From contig OZ244960.1 of NCBI GenBank assembly GCA_965222605.1, positions 160,001-224,000 of the forward strand: a stretch of 64,000 nucleotides of DNA. The letters run 5' to 3'. Of this stretch, positions 26,348 to 36,747 are shown piece by piece (the stretch's first letter is position 1; each line of letters starts with the position of its first letter). Position numbers and translations under genes: made by a program. The stretch comes from Candidatus Latescibacterota bacterium (lineage in GTDB: Bacteria > Latescibacterota > UBA2968). The notes below the pieces were generated by a model. It saw only the letters and a list, made by a program, of their open reading frames with translations. It searched no databases and was not told the origin of the DNA.

Positions 26348-27127
26348 TTACTCAGCGGTTGGATCAAAGCCTTCAATACGCCCTTCTTGAATCTCAATCT
26401 CATCGCGACGTCTCACCCGCTCAACTTGCCCATCGCGCAAATCGACCACGCGATCAGACACGCCGAGCATCTTGTGGTCGTGGGTGTTGGTCACAATGGT
26501 CACACCGCTTTCGCCCTGCATCTTGAGCAACAACTCGATAATTTCCTGCCCGGTCTTCAAATCGAGATTTCCAGTCGGCTCATCGGCCAAAATCAAATCG
26601 GGGTCATTGGCCATGGCTCTGGCAATTGCCACGCGCTGCTGCTGCCCACCCGATAATTCATAGGGTTTGTGATGCAGGCGGTCGGTAAGCCCCACCAGCG
26701 ACAATTTGTGTGCGGCCTTTTCTTCGTAATCACTGCGCGACATGCCCGAAAACACCATGGGCAAAGACACATTTTCAAGTGCCGACATAACGGGAATCAG
26801 ATTAAACGACTGGAAAATATACCCCACACTGTGGCAGCGCAAATAGGCAATTTGCCCCTGGCTCATATCGGCCATATTGGAACCGTTGACCAATACGGTT
26901 CCCTTAGTGGGCGTATCTAATGCCCCAACCATGTTAAACATCGTGGTTTTACCCGATCCCGAAGGCCCCATAATTGACAAATATTCACCCCGAATCACAT
27001 CGAGATACACCCCGTGCAGGGCATGCACTTCCTGGTCGCCCATCCGATAGGTCTTCCAGACCCCCTGAACTTTAATAATATAATCTTCAGTATCAACCTG
27101 TTGTTCAGCAGCCGATTCCTGAGCCAT
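26348..27127 (-). CDS. ABC transporter ATP-binding protein (LolD/MacB-like)
   Basis: GPSGSGKTT, LSGGQQQRVAIARA, ILADEPTGNLD. Confidence 0.95.
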   Translation of the reverse strand: MAQESAAEQQVDTEDYIIKVQGVWKTYRMGDQEVHALHGVYLDVIRGEYLSIMGPSGSGKTTMFNMVGALDTPTKGTVLVNGSNMADMSQGQIAYLRCHSVGYIFQSFNLIPVMSALENVSLPMVFSGMSRSDYEEKAAHKLSLVGLTDRLHHKPYELSGGQQQRVAIARAMANDPDLILADEPTGNLDLKTGQEIIELLLKMQGESGVTIVTNTHDHKMLGVSDRVVDLRDGQVERVRRRDEIEIQEGRIEGFDPTAE

Positions 27128-27317
27128 TGTGTTCTCCTCTTAAACAGTAATTCTACCATTGAACTCCCGTATGGTAGGGAAAACCCATGAGCATGTCAAG
27201 CCATTTTAATCCCAATAAAATTCTGCGTGATTCCACAAGCATCTTCCACTATATTCTAAGCCGCGTTGTGCTACAGACCTGTAGCGCCTCCAAAACCATG
27301 ACAGAAAGGACCGCATC

Positions 27318-28142
27318 ATGAAACTCGCAGTATGCAATGAATTTTTTGAAGACTGGAAAATCGAGGATGTCTTTAACTATGCAGCGGAAATTGGCTGCGA
27401 CGGCGTTGAACTCGCACCTTTTACACTCGCGGAAAGCGTCACGCAAATCTCTGCAAAACAGCGCAGCGACATTCGCAAAGCCGCGGAAAAAGCCGGTGTC
27501 GAAATCGTTGGCCTGCACTGGCTACTCGCCAGCCCACCGGGGCTTTATCTCACACATCCCGACAAAGCCATCCGCGACAAAACTGAAGACTATATGAAAG
27601 CATTGATCAATTTCTGCGGCGACCTGGGTGGGCGGATTATGATCCACGGCTCACCGGCACAGCGCAACATCCAAAAAGGCTGGGACCGAGAGGAATGCTG
27701 GAAATACGCTGTCGATATCTTTTCGAACTGCACCTCAGAAATGGAACAAAACGGCGTCACATATTGCATCGAAGCACTCACGGGCAAAGAAACCAATATT
27801 CTGAACGCCATCTCTGAAGCCCTCAAAATGGTCGCCGATGTCGGTCACCCAAATTTCCAGACCATGGTCGATACCAAAGCCGCCGCCGCCGAAAACAAAC
27901 CCCATGTGGATGTGATCGCCGAAGCTGGCAAAGCCCTGCGCCATGTCCATGTCAACGACCCCAATTTGCGCGGTCCGGGATTTGGCGATTTACAATTTGC
28001 ATCCATCCTCCGCGCCCTCAAAGACCGCCACTACAATGGTTATGTATCCGTAGAAGTCTTTGACTTCAAACCCGACCCACAAACCATTGCCGCGCGCAGC
28101 ATCGGCTATCTCAGGGGTATTTTGGAAGGGTTGGAAGGGTGA
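27318..28142 (+). CDS. Sugar phosphate isomerase/epimerase (TIM barrel, tagatose 3-epimerase-like)
   Basis: GVELAPF, CIEAL, DT, HVHVND, VSVEVF motifs. Confidence 0.9.
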   Translation: MKLAVCNEFFEDWKIEDVFNYAAEIGCDGVELAPFTLAESVTQISAKQRSDIRKAAEKAGVEIVGLHWLLASPPGLYLTHPDKAIRDKTEDYMKALINFCGDLGGRIMIHGSPAQRNIQKGWDREECWKYAVDIFSNCTSEMEQNGVTYCIEALTGKETNILNAISEALKMVADVGHPNFQTMVDTKAAAAENKPHVDVIAEAGKALRHVHVNDPNLRGPGFGDLQFASILRALKDRHYNGYVSVEVFDFKPDPQTIAARSIGYLRGILEGLEG

Positions 28143-28409
28143 TCGCGTCATCATCAAAATCTCGTCAAAATCGGGACTCTCTTTGCGATCACAGGCAGGA
28201 GGCGGTGGATAAATGACACGCCATTGCCCCACCATGCGCGCACCGATCTTCTCAAACCACGGCCATACACCCGCTCGGCTAATTTCGTAAAACGTCTGGT
28301 GTTCGCCTTTTTTCAGCTTTTGGTGGCGCAAAACCAATACCTCCTCACCCGCTTGCGCGACCTGATTTCTCACCGGACGGGGTATCTGTTGTTTGGCTTT
28401 ATCGATCAT
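28143..28409 (-). pseudogene. Truncated NIPSNAP-like gene
   Basis: GVWPWFEKIGARMVGQW...FDEILMMTR, then runs into the antisense of the convergent gene; ATGA overlap with the upstream epimerase. Confidence 0.5.
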
Positions 28410-29248
28410 TGAGAACCTCCGCGTTGTGGCAACCGCTCCGCCACAAATCCCAATTCTTCTTTTATCCGACTCACATCGTAAACACTGTCGTATTCATGCC
28501 CGCGCTGTTCAAAATGCGACAGATCCACCTCGTCGCCCCACCAGGCGCGCAAAATCTCCGCTACGGGGACGGCAACCCACGCCTTTGGACCTGCGGCATT
28601 CATGATGCGAACCCCGGGTTTGTGCGGTGATTGTGCAGATAGCGCGAATACCCGTACCGCGTCTGGCAAATCCATAATGGTCAAGCTACCCAAACCCCAC
28701 TGTCGCGTTGGAGAAATATCTCGCAAAGGTGGCAATCCAGCGTGCGGCACCGAAGACAGCCGCAAATTAATCACATCGATATCGCCATTTTGTCGCGCAT
28801 AGTATTTTGTGATCTCCTCCATCAAATATTTCGAAAGACCATACCCATTGCGATCCAGACATGGGTGTTCATCGGGAATCGGCAATGCCTGCGGACGAAA
28901 GGCCGGGTTCTGCATCCCAACCGCCGCGATCGAACTCGCCATCACAAATTTGCGGCATCCGCGATCCATCAAATAGCGCATCAAACACCGCGTGCCCTCC
29001 ACATTGACGATCAGCGCGTCGCGCTCCGAACAACCGCCGGTCACAGCCGCAAGGTGAATCACCACATCAATCGCCTCATTATTGAGCTGTTGCAAATCTT
29101 CAAAAGAGCCAAACTCGCCGTGCACCCAGGGCAAATCCAATTCTGGATTTTTTCGGCTCATACAAATCACCTTGTGCTCTTCCGCCATCGAGACCGATAG
29201 TACCCGACCGATAAAACCACTCGCCCCAGTAATCAGTACTGTACTCAC
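28406..29248 (-). CDS. NAD-dependent epimerase/dehydratase
   Basis: VLITGASGFIG, VIHLAA, ASSIA, YGLSK. Confidence 0.92.
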   Translation of the reverse strand: MSTVLITGASGFIGRVLSVSMAEEHKVICMSRKNPELDLPWVHGEFGSFEDLQQLNNEAIDVVIHLAAVTGGCSERDALIVNVEGTRCLMRYLMDRGCRKFVMASSIAAVGMQNPAFRPQALPIPDEHPCLDRNGYGLSKYLMEEITKYYARQNGDIDVINLRLSSVPHAGLPPLRDISPTRQWGLGSLTIMDLPDAVRVFALSAQSPHKPGVRIMNAAGPKAWVAVPVAEILRAWWGDEVDLSHFEQRGHEYDSVYDVSRIKEELGFVAERLPQRGGSQ

Positions 29249-29261
29249 AATTCCTCCTCAT

Positions 29262-30494
29262 TTAATCGCTAAAAACATCACTCGCCTCACTTAAAACATC
29301 TGCGATGACCTCCCCCTCTTTCATCACCATCTTCACCTGCCGCAAGCATGCGATATCTTCAAGCGGATTGCCCGATAGTGCAATCACATCTGCAAACATC
29401 CCAACGCCAAGATGTCCAACGCAATCCGCCATACCCAACATTTTAGCTGTATTCGTCGTTACCGCCTTCAACGCATCCATTTCTGACACCCCCAGCCCAA
29501 CGAGCTCTTTTGCCTCGCGCCAGAGCGTTGCATGCGTGCTATCGGTTCCCAAACACACTTTCACACCCGCCCGCACTGCTTCGGGAATATATTTTGCCGT
29601 CAATTCGCGTGCGCGTTCAACCCGCTCGCGCCACCAATCCCACGCCCACGTATCAAAAGACGCAAAACCAACTTCATCGTCGAAAAACAGTTGTAAATTT
29701 GGATCGCTCAAATACGCGCCCGATTTCACAAACAAAGCCACATCTTCTTCGGTCAACAAATTGGCGTGTTCAACACTATCGATCCCCGCTTCCATCGCCC
29801 AGCGCATTGCCGGACCACCAATCGCGTGTGCGGCCACGGGCAGTCCCAAATCGTGTGAAATAGCAATCGCCGCATCGATTTCCCGCCTCGAATACGCCGC
29901 CACATCTGTCAGGTCGCCTCGAATATAGTCTTGATATGAATCGCCCTGCCGCACATTGGTAATAAACAACTTGGTCCAGTCTGCCCCCTGAGAAAAATTC
30001 TCCCGGATTTTTAATGCCAGTTCTTCTTCCCCATCCGCGGGGAAACACAAAAAAGGCGCTGTCCCATGACTCGGTCTCAATGCCCGCACACACACCTTCA
30101 ACCTCGGTCCCACGGATTCGCCGCGATCAATCGCACCTTGAAAAGCCTTCTCAATACCCGGTCGATCCCCCAGGGTACGCACGGTCGTAACGCCCGTGCT
30201 CAGATCACTTCGCAAATTCATCGCACCGCGCAATACAGCCGTTGTCGCATCTACGTCGAAATGCGCGCTCAACGGTAACAGAAACCGGTTGTTAATCGTA
30301 ATATGCACATGGGAATCAATCAAAGCCGGCATCACAGTATATGCCGAACAATCCACCACATCGGCGTCTAAAGGCACATCTACTTCAGCCCCAACACCAA
30401 CTACGCGCCCCTCGTTTACAACGACCATCCCCTGCGGAATGGGTGCTTGATCGGGATGAACAATTAACAATTTGGATTTAATCACTTTTGACAT
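29262..30494 (-). CDS. Amidohydrolase family protein
   Basis: PALIDSHVH, GVTTVRTLG, VAAHA, SVEH, GTDS. Confidence 0.92.
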   Translation of the reverse strand: MSKVIKSKLLIVHPDQAPIPQGMVVVNEGRVVGVGAEVDVPLDADVVDCSAYTVMPALIDSHVHITINNRFLLPLSAHFDVDATTAVLRGAMNLRSDLSTGVTTVRTLGDRPGIEKAFQGAIDRGESVGPRLKVCVRALRPSHGTAPFLCFPADGEEELALKIRENFSQGADWTKLFITNVRQGDSYQDYIRGDLTDVAAYSRREIDAAIAISHDLGLPVAAHAIGGPAMRWAMEAGIDSVEHANLLTEEDVALFVKSGAYLSDPNLQLFFDDEVGFASFDTWAWDWWRERVERARELTAKYIPEAVRAGVKVCLGTDSTHATLWREAKELVGLGVSEMDALKAVTTNTAKMLGMADCVGHLGVGMFADVIALSGNPLEDIACLRQVKMVMKEGEVIADVLSEASDVFSD

Positions 30495-30561
30495 GATTAT
30501 TTTGTTTGTATAATTAGGTGGAACAACAGAACACCGTCATTTTGATCACCGGAGATATATT

Positions 30562-31809
30562 ATGCAATTTGGCATCTTTTACGAACACCAGATTCCCCGC
30601 CCCTGGGTAGAAGGCGAAGAACACCAGCTTTTCAAAGACGCGCTCGAGCAAGTCGAGGTCGCCGATCGCATTGGCATTGAATATGTTTGGGAAGTTGAAC
30701 ACCACTTTTTGGAAGAATATTCCCACTCCTCAGCACCCGAAGTCTTTCTCGCGGCCTGTAGCCAACGGTCCAAAAATATCCGCCTGGGACACGGCATTGT
30801 ACTCATGCCACCCAATTACAACCATCCGGCTCGCGTTGCCGAGCGCATCGCAACCCTCGACCTGATCAGCGATGGGCGCGTCGAATGGGGCACGGGTGAA
30901 TCGGCTTCTCGCGCAGAGCTCGAGGGATTCAACGTGCCGCCCGGTGAAAAAAAAGCAATGTGGGCAGAAACCGTCCGAGAAACCGCCAAAATGCTCGCGT
31001 CTGACCCGTATCCCGGATATCGTGGCGAATTTTTCTCAATGCCCGAACGCAATATCGTGCCCAAGCCCCTGCAAAAACCCCACCCACCGCTGTGGGTCGC
31101 CTGTTCCAACCGCGAGAGCATTCGCTGGGCCGGAAAACACGGCATTGGCGCACTCACCTTTGCCTTTATCGAACCCGAAGAAGCCAAATACTGGGTTGAC
31201 GAATACTACACCGCATTTGAGAATGAATGCGAACCTCTCGGCCAAGCCGTCAATCCCACGATCGCTATGGTCGCCGGGTTCATGTGTCACGAAAACGGGG
31301 AAACGGCGAGGGCACAGGGTCTCGAAGGATTCCAATTTTTCGGCTATGCACTTTCCCATTATTATCGCCACGGCACTCATGTCCCCGGCGAATTTGACAT
31401 CTGGGCAGACTTCCAAAAAAACAAACCCGAACGGAAAAAAGGTTCGGGATCAGGCTGCATTGGCACCCCGGATGAAATACGCGCCCACCTTGAAACAATG
31501 GAAGAGATCGGCGTTGATCAGGTCGTCTTCCTGCAGCAAGCGGGCAACAACAAACACGATCATATATGCAAATCGCTCGAATGTTTCGCACAAAATGTAT
31601 TGCCCGACTTCAAAGCGCGACACGAAATATACGCCGCACAAAAAGCAGAACGACTCGGCCCTGCCATCGAAAAAGCACGCTCTAAAATTTCACCGATTGA
31701 CAAACCCAAATCCACACCAGTAGAAGCCTATCCACTCTTAAAATCATCCGAAGAAAAGCAAGAAGACCTCGAAATTGTCAAATCTATTGCGGGGGAAAAG
31801 TCCTCATAA
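30562..31809 (+). CDS. LLM-class flavin-dependent oxidoreductase
   Basis: WEVEHHF, IRLGHG, HPARVAERIATLDLIS.GR, PKPLQKPHPP. Confidence 0.93.
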   Translation: MQFGIFYEHQIPRPWVEGEEHQLFKDALEQVEVADRIGIEYVWEVEHHFLEEYSHSSAPEVFLAACSQRSKNIRLGHGIVLMPPNYNHPARVAERIATLDLISDGRVEWGTGESASRAELEGFNVPPGEKKAMWAETVRETAKMLASDPYPGYRGEFFSMPERNIVPKPLQKPHPPLWVACSNRESIRWAGKHGIGALTFAFIEPEEAKYWVDEYYTAFENECEPLGQAVNPTIAMVAGFMCHENGETARAQGLEGFQFFGYALSHYYRHGTHVPGEFDIWADFQKNKPERKKGSGSGCIGTPDEIRAHLETMEEIGVDQVVFLQQAGNNKHDHICKSLECFAQNVLPDFKARHEIYAAQKAERLGPAIEKARSKISPIDKPKSTPVEAYPLLKSSEEKQEDLEIVKSIAGEKSS

Positions 31810-31829
31810 TATGGCAGAAGCAGCCGATA

Positions 31830-33038
31830 TTAATTCAAGTCCCCAATCGCCTCGCGCACCGCTTCTATTGTATCTTCAATATCCGCCTCAGTATGTGCCA
31901 GAGAGAGAAACATCGGATGCCTGGGATGTAAGTAATATCCCTGTGCAAGACATCTCCGCAACACCGCCATGCAGCGATCGCGGTCAGAATCGTCTATCAC
32001 AGGACGCGGCATTGGCCCAACGCCAATGAGATGATAACTCAGTCCCCCTGCTTCGCAAACCGCGTTGATACCTTCGATCAATCGATTTCCAATTTTCCAT
32101 TGATAGGCAATGCCATTCCGCCTCTGAAGTTCCCCTATCACGACCTCCATTGCCGTCAAACTGAGTGGATCCCCATGCGCGGTACCTGTCATCCACACCG
32201 ACTGGCACGCTTTTGACGCCAGAATCTCGCGCTTCCCAGCAATAAAACTTCCCGCATACCCATTGCAACACGCTTTGCCAAACGTCGCAATATCGGGTAT
32301 AACCCCATAATATTCCCCCCCCCCGCCCATCGCCATGCGAAAACCCACCTTTGTCTCGTCAAACACGCAGACCGCGCCGTGTGCATGTGCCAAATCCACA
32401 CACCCTTGCAAAAACCCATCCGGCGGCCCGCCCCCTTGAATCGTCTCCATCACCACACACGCCACCTGATTGTCATATTTCTTCAAACACGATTCCAGAG
32501 CGTTTAAATCGCCGTAGGGAACCGCACAGGTCAACTCGCTGACAGTTTGCGGAACCCCCACATCGCCGGGACGTGCCCAATCGTGCCAGCCGTGATACCC
32601 GCACGCAATCACTCTATCGCGTCCCGTATATACCCGCGACAGGCGCACAGCACCGGAAGTCGCCGCACTACCCCCAATAAAAAATCCCACCATCTCTGCA
32701 CACGGAATCACTTCGATGAGCAATTCTGCAACCGTCAACTCCCGGGGATGAGCCAGACTGTACACCGTGCCATTCGCCACCTGCTCCTGTATTGCACTGC
32801 AAACGGCAGGATCATCATATCCCAGAACAATCGGCCCGAAACCCATTACATAATCCAAATACTCATTGCCATCCACATCCCAAAACCGCGCCCCCGCCGC
32901 GCGCTGGACAAATGCGGGATAGTCCATATCGACCTGGCCAAAAATATTCTTATGCGGAATGTACCCGCGAACCAGAACATCGCCATAGCGATTCAGCAGA
33001 GCCTTTGACTTTGCAATAGTATAATTCTTTTTTAACAT
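31830..33038 (-). CDS. Class III PLP aminotransferase (glutamate-1-semialdehyde aminomutase-like)
   Basis: WDVDGNEYLDY, GYHGWHDW, FDETKVGFR, TFGK. Confidence 0.9.
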   Translation of the reverse strand: MLKKNYTIAKSKALLNRYGDVLVRGYIPHKNIFGQVDMDYPAFVQRAAGARFWDVDGNEYLDYVMGFGPIVLGYDDPAVCSAIQEQVANGTVYSLAHPRELTVAELLIEVIPCAEMVGFFIGGSAATSGAVRLSRVYTGRDRVIACGYHGWHDWARPGDVGVPQTVSELTCAVPYGDLNALESCLKKYDNQVACVVMETIQGGGPPDGFLQGCVDLAHAHGAVCVFDETKVGFRMAMGGGGEYYGVIPDIATFGKACCNGYAGSFIAGKREILASKACQSVWMTGTAHGDPLSLTAMEVVIGELQRRNGIAYQWKIGNRLIEGINAVCEAGGLSYHLIGVGPMPRPVIDDSDRDRCMAVLRRCLAQGYYLHPRHPMFLSLAHTEADIEDTIEAVREAIGDLN

Positions 33039-33223
33039 TTATTACCTCCTCCGCGTGTAAATTGAACCTCTTTTTCTAACAAATAAACTTCTCACACAGA
33101 CACAAGCACAAAATAGACTGCTTCCACGCTCCTATTGTACTTGCCACCCGTCTTTTCTTATCCTATTTTCGATTGGGTGGATGATTAACCTCTCACCTCT
33201 TACGTCTCACTACAGGAGCATTT

Positions 33224-34258
33224 ATGCCACGCGAACTCATTGCAGACCGACCGGGGCACACGACATTGCGAGAATACGATGAAGAACCCTTAAAACCCGA
33301 TCAAGTGCGTGCAAAGACCTTGTTTTCAGCGGTAAAACACGGTACTGAATTCCGGGGTTTTCAAGCCAATACACTCGATGCATCCGATATTTTTAGCTGG
33401 GAATGGCGCATGCACATGCGCGGGCAAAAACAGAAAGATGTGTTTCCAAAACGGTTGGGCAATATGTATCTCGCCGAAGTGACGGACGTGGGACAAAATG
33501 TGTCAAATATTCAGGTAAGAGATCGGATTTTTGGTCATGGATCTGTTCGAGAAACGCATACACTCTCGGCGGACCGCGTTGAAAAAGCACCGGATGGCGT
33601 CCCGTGGCAGGCTCTAATGGCTACAGACCCCGCGGGCGTTGCCCTCGGTGGCGTCAGAGACGCCAATATTCGCATTGGGGATCGCGTCGCAGTCTTTGGT
33701 CTGGGTGCAATTGGATTGATGACCGTACAACTCGCCCGCATCGCCGGCGCGCGCTGGGTTGCGGCAATAGACCCCATTGAAAAGCGATGCCTGATTTCTG
33801 AAGCCTACGGTGCGGACCTCGTCCTGGACCCGCGCGAATCCGATGTGGGCATGGTCATTAAGCAAGCCACTACAAAACTCGGCGTCGATGTCGCCATGGA
33901 AACCAGTGGATCGTCCGCCGCAATGACCGACGCCCTGCGTTCAACGCGCTATCAGGGCACCGTTGTATCCACAGCCTATTACAATACCCCTATGCAAAAC
34001 CTGCATTTGACCGGCGAATGGCATCGCAATCGGATTCGCATTATATCCGTGAGATCCGACAGCGAACCCTGGCTGGATTACGGATGGGACAAAAAGCGCG
34101 GAAATAAAGAAGCCTACGACCTGCTCGTCGAAGGCCGCCTGACCGCCGAGGGCTTAATCGATCCCGTCGTGCCATTTAATCGCGTTGCAGAAGCTTATAT
34201 GCAAATGAACGAACATCCCGACACAGGGATTAAACTCGGCGTTGACCACGCCCTCTAA
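33224..34258 (+). CDS. MDR/zinc-binding alcohol dehydrogenase family protein
   Basis: KHGTE, VAVFGLGAIG, GVDVAMETSG. Confidence 0.88.
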   Translation: MPRELIADRPGHTTLREYDEEPLKPDQVRAKTLFSAVKHGTEFRGFQANTLDASDIFSWEWRMHMRGQKQKDVFPKRLGNMYLAEVTDVGQNVSNIQVRDRIFGHGSVRETHTLSADRVEKAPDGVPWQALMATDPAGVALGGVRDANIRIGDRVAVFGLGAIGLMTVQLARIAGARWVAAIDPIEKRCLISEAYGADLVLDPRESDVGMVIKQATTKLGVDVAMETSGSSAAMTDALRSTRYQGTVVSTAYYNTPMQNLHLTGEWHRNRIRIISVRSDSEPWLDYGWDKKRGNKEAYDLLVEGRLTAEGLIDPVVPFNRVAEAYMQMNEHPDTGIKLGVDHAL

Positions 34259-34280
34259 TGGGTGATCTCACCACTTTCTC

Positions 34281-36746
34281 ATGCGAAAAATTCAAACCAT
34301 AGCAATATGTCTATTTGTCCTGTGGAACACCACGGACCTGCTGGCGAGCGAGGGCACAGTGCAGCAAGTTTCGGGAGATCTCGTTTATGTCACGGGCTTA
34401 AATGGTTTGGCCCCGCTGTGGTCAAATCTCACGGTGCAGAATGGGCAGGCAGAAGGTGCAAAACTCGAAGTCATCAAAGAATTGCCAGAACTGGTCATAG
34501 CAAGAGTCGTAGAGGCCAACGGAACAGCCGTAAATACCGGCGATATGGTGATGTTGAGCAGTGCACGATCAGACGTATCGGATCGAAAATCCAGGCGGCT
34601 CGTCCACGCTGCCCGCGTTGACAAAAATCCCAATGTAGATGGCGTACTGGACGACCCCGTATGGTCGCGGGCAACGCCGATCAAGGGTTTTGTACAGCGC
34701 GATCCAAACTACTGGATGCCGAGTCCTGAACAAACAATCGCGCGGATTATCTACACAGACAAAAGCATCTACTTTGGCTTTGAATGCCTCGTCCCGGACT
34801 CCTCTCAATTTATCGCAAACAACATGCGACGAGATTCCGAAATCCGCGGCGATGACAATATTCAAATCCTGCTCGACACGTACAATGATCGGCAAAATGG
34901 CTTCTTTTTCTCTGTCAATCCCCTTGGGGCGCAAAGCGATTTGATGCTCTCCAACGCGGGGCGAACCTATAACCGCGATTGGGATTGCAATTGGGTCGCC
35001 CGCACCAAACACTATCCAGACCGATGGACGGCCGAAATCGAAATCCCGTTTAGCCAACTGCGGTTTAAGCAAGCAGAAGATATCGTATGGGGCATCAACC
35101 TCGCGCGCTATATTGCCCGCAAAAATCTGGCGACACAACTCGTCGTTGGCCTGCAAAGTTCCTCATCCACAGAGCGGTATCGAATGTCGGACATCGGCGA
35201 ACTTCACGGCCTCCAACACATTCGCGCCAGACGTCCGATTCGCCTCAAACCCTACGCTTTGCCGGGCACGACCATCGATGATCAGGCAATCGACCCCGCT
35301 GAAAGCCCCACATTTGAAACGGGCCTCGATCTGCGCTATGGCATCACGTCAAACATCTCGCTCGATTTGTCCTACAACACGGATTTCGCACAGGTAGAAG
35401 GCGACCAGGAACAAACCAACCTGACGCAGTTCCGCCTCTTTTTCCCCGAAAAACGCGAGTTTTTCCTCGAAGGAGCCAACCTCTTCCAATTTGGCGAACA
35501 AGCGCGAGTAACCGGCAGCGGTACCAGGCCGCCTACCCTCCTTTTTTATACCAGACGCATCGGCCTTGAAAAAGGAAAAAAAATCCCGATTCTATTCGGT
35601 TCAAAAATTGCAGGGAAAGAAGGACGAACAAGTATTGGCGGCCTAAATGTGTTGACCGACTCGGCATTGTTTGCAGACGATGGCGACACAATCCAGGTAC
35701 ACCGCACCAACTACTCCGTGCTCAGGATGAGACGCGACGTATTCGGGCGGTCAAACGTCGGCTTCATCGTGGTCAACAAGCAAATCGATGACCCCATTGA
35801 CGGATGGAACCGATACAATCGCGTCGGGGGCATTGATTTCAACTATTCTCCAACGTCAACCTTGAATTTCCAGGCCTTTGCAGCCCGAACATGGGATTCG
35901 CAAATTGAAGAGGCAGACGATGCGCGGTTTGTATCTATGAACTATCGCGGCACCAAGTATTGGGCGCGGTTCAAATTCCTCGATGTCGAGGAACAATTTG
36001 AACCTGCCGTGGGGTTTATCAATCGCAGAAGCGGATTGGACGGTTTCAGGCGCTATGATCTCTATGCGCGCTACAGACCCAGACCGAAATTCGGCAATAT
36101 TCGCTACATGTCAATCGGTCCCGAAGCGCAGATCTTTACAGACCGCGACAACAATGTGAAATACTGGACCGCCGAACTCTCGATATTTGCGATCTTCAAT
36201 ACCGGCGACTACTGGCGGATCGAATTGAACCGCACCCGCGATGTGGTCGATGAAGCATTCGAGCCATCCGCACGCCACGAAGACGTGAGCATCCCCTCCG
36301 GAACCTATACCTTCACGTCATTTGTCACGGGACCGCGCCCCAGCCGATCTCGAAAATTGCGCCCTGGCATCACCTTCGAGGCCGGCACATACTACACGGG
36401 AAGACGCTACACGATTCGCTCGGAAAGCACCTTTCGCCCCTCCGGCCAACTGTCTTATGAAGTGGAATATCAGGGCGACTGGATTCGATTACCGCAGGGG
36501 AACTTTAACATCCACACGCTCAGCAACCGCCTGCAGTACTCCTTTTCCACAGACTTTTTTGTCAAACTCTTTGTGCAGTGGAACAATGACAAAGAGTTCG
36601 CAAGCGCGAATTTTCTCCTCAACTACCGGTATCGCCCAGGCAGCGACATTTTTCTCGTCTTCGACAGCGCTTATGGCACCGATCCGACCTTAACCCGGCG
36701 AAACCGCTCGGTACTCCTCAAACTCTCCTATCTCTTGAGTCTATGA
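34281..36746 (+). CDS. Carbohydrate-binding family 9 / DUF5916 outer-membrane protein
   Basis: Signal peptide; VDGVLDDPVW, WTAEIEIPF, NTDFAQVE.D, FFPEKREFFLEG. Confidence 0.85.
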   Translation: MRKIQTIAICLFVLWNTTDLLASEGTVQQVSGDLVYVTGLNGLAPLWSNLTVQNGQAEGAKLEVIKELPELVIARVVEANGTAVNTGDMVMLSSARSDVSDRKSRRLVHAARVDKNPNVDGVLDDPVWSRATPIKGFVQRDPNYWMPSPEQTIARIIYTDKSIYFGFECLVPDSSQFIANNMRRDSEIRGDDNIQILLDTYNDRQNGFFFSVNPLGAQSDLMLSNAGRTYNRDWDCNWVARTKHYPDRWTAEIEIPFSQLRFKQAEDIVWGINLARYIARKNLATQLVVGLQSSSSTERYRMSDIGELHGLQHIRARRPIRLKPYALPGTTIDDQAIDPAESPTFETGLDLRYGITSNISLDLSYNTDFAQVEGDQEQTNLTQFRLFFPEKREFFLEGANLFQFGEQARVTGSGTRPPTLLFYTRRIGLEKGKKIPILFGSKIAGKEGRTSIGGLNVLTDSALFADDGDTIQVHRTNYSVLRMRRDVFGRSNVGFIVVNKQIDDPIDGWNRYNRVGGIDFNYSPTSTLNFQAFAARTWDSQIEEADDARFVSMNYRGTKYWARFKFLDVEEQFEPAVGFINRRSGLDGFRRYDLYARYRPRPKFGNIRYMSIGPEAQIFTDRDNNVKYWTAELSIFAIFNTGDYWRIELNRTRDVVDEAFEPSARHEDVSIPSGTYTFTSFVTGPRPSRSRKLRPGITFEAGTYYTGRRYTIRSESTFRPSGQLSYEVEYQGDWIRLPQGNFNIHTLSNRLQYSFSTDFFVKLFVQWNNDKEFASANFLLNYRYRPGSDIFLVFDSAYGTDPTLTRRNRSVLLKLSYLLSL

Positions 36747-36747
36747 A

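Noticed and set aside
32315-32324. C10 homopolymer in the aminotransferase as a phase-variation switch
   Set aside because: Encodes a Gly run in an intact frame of a cytoplasmic enzyme; no evidence without reads
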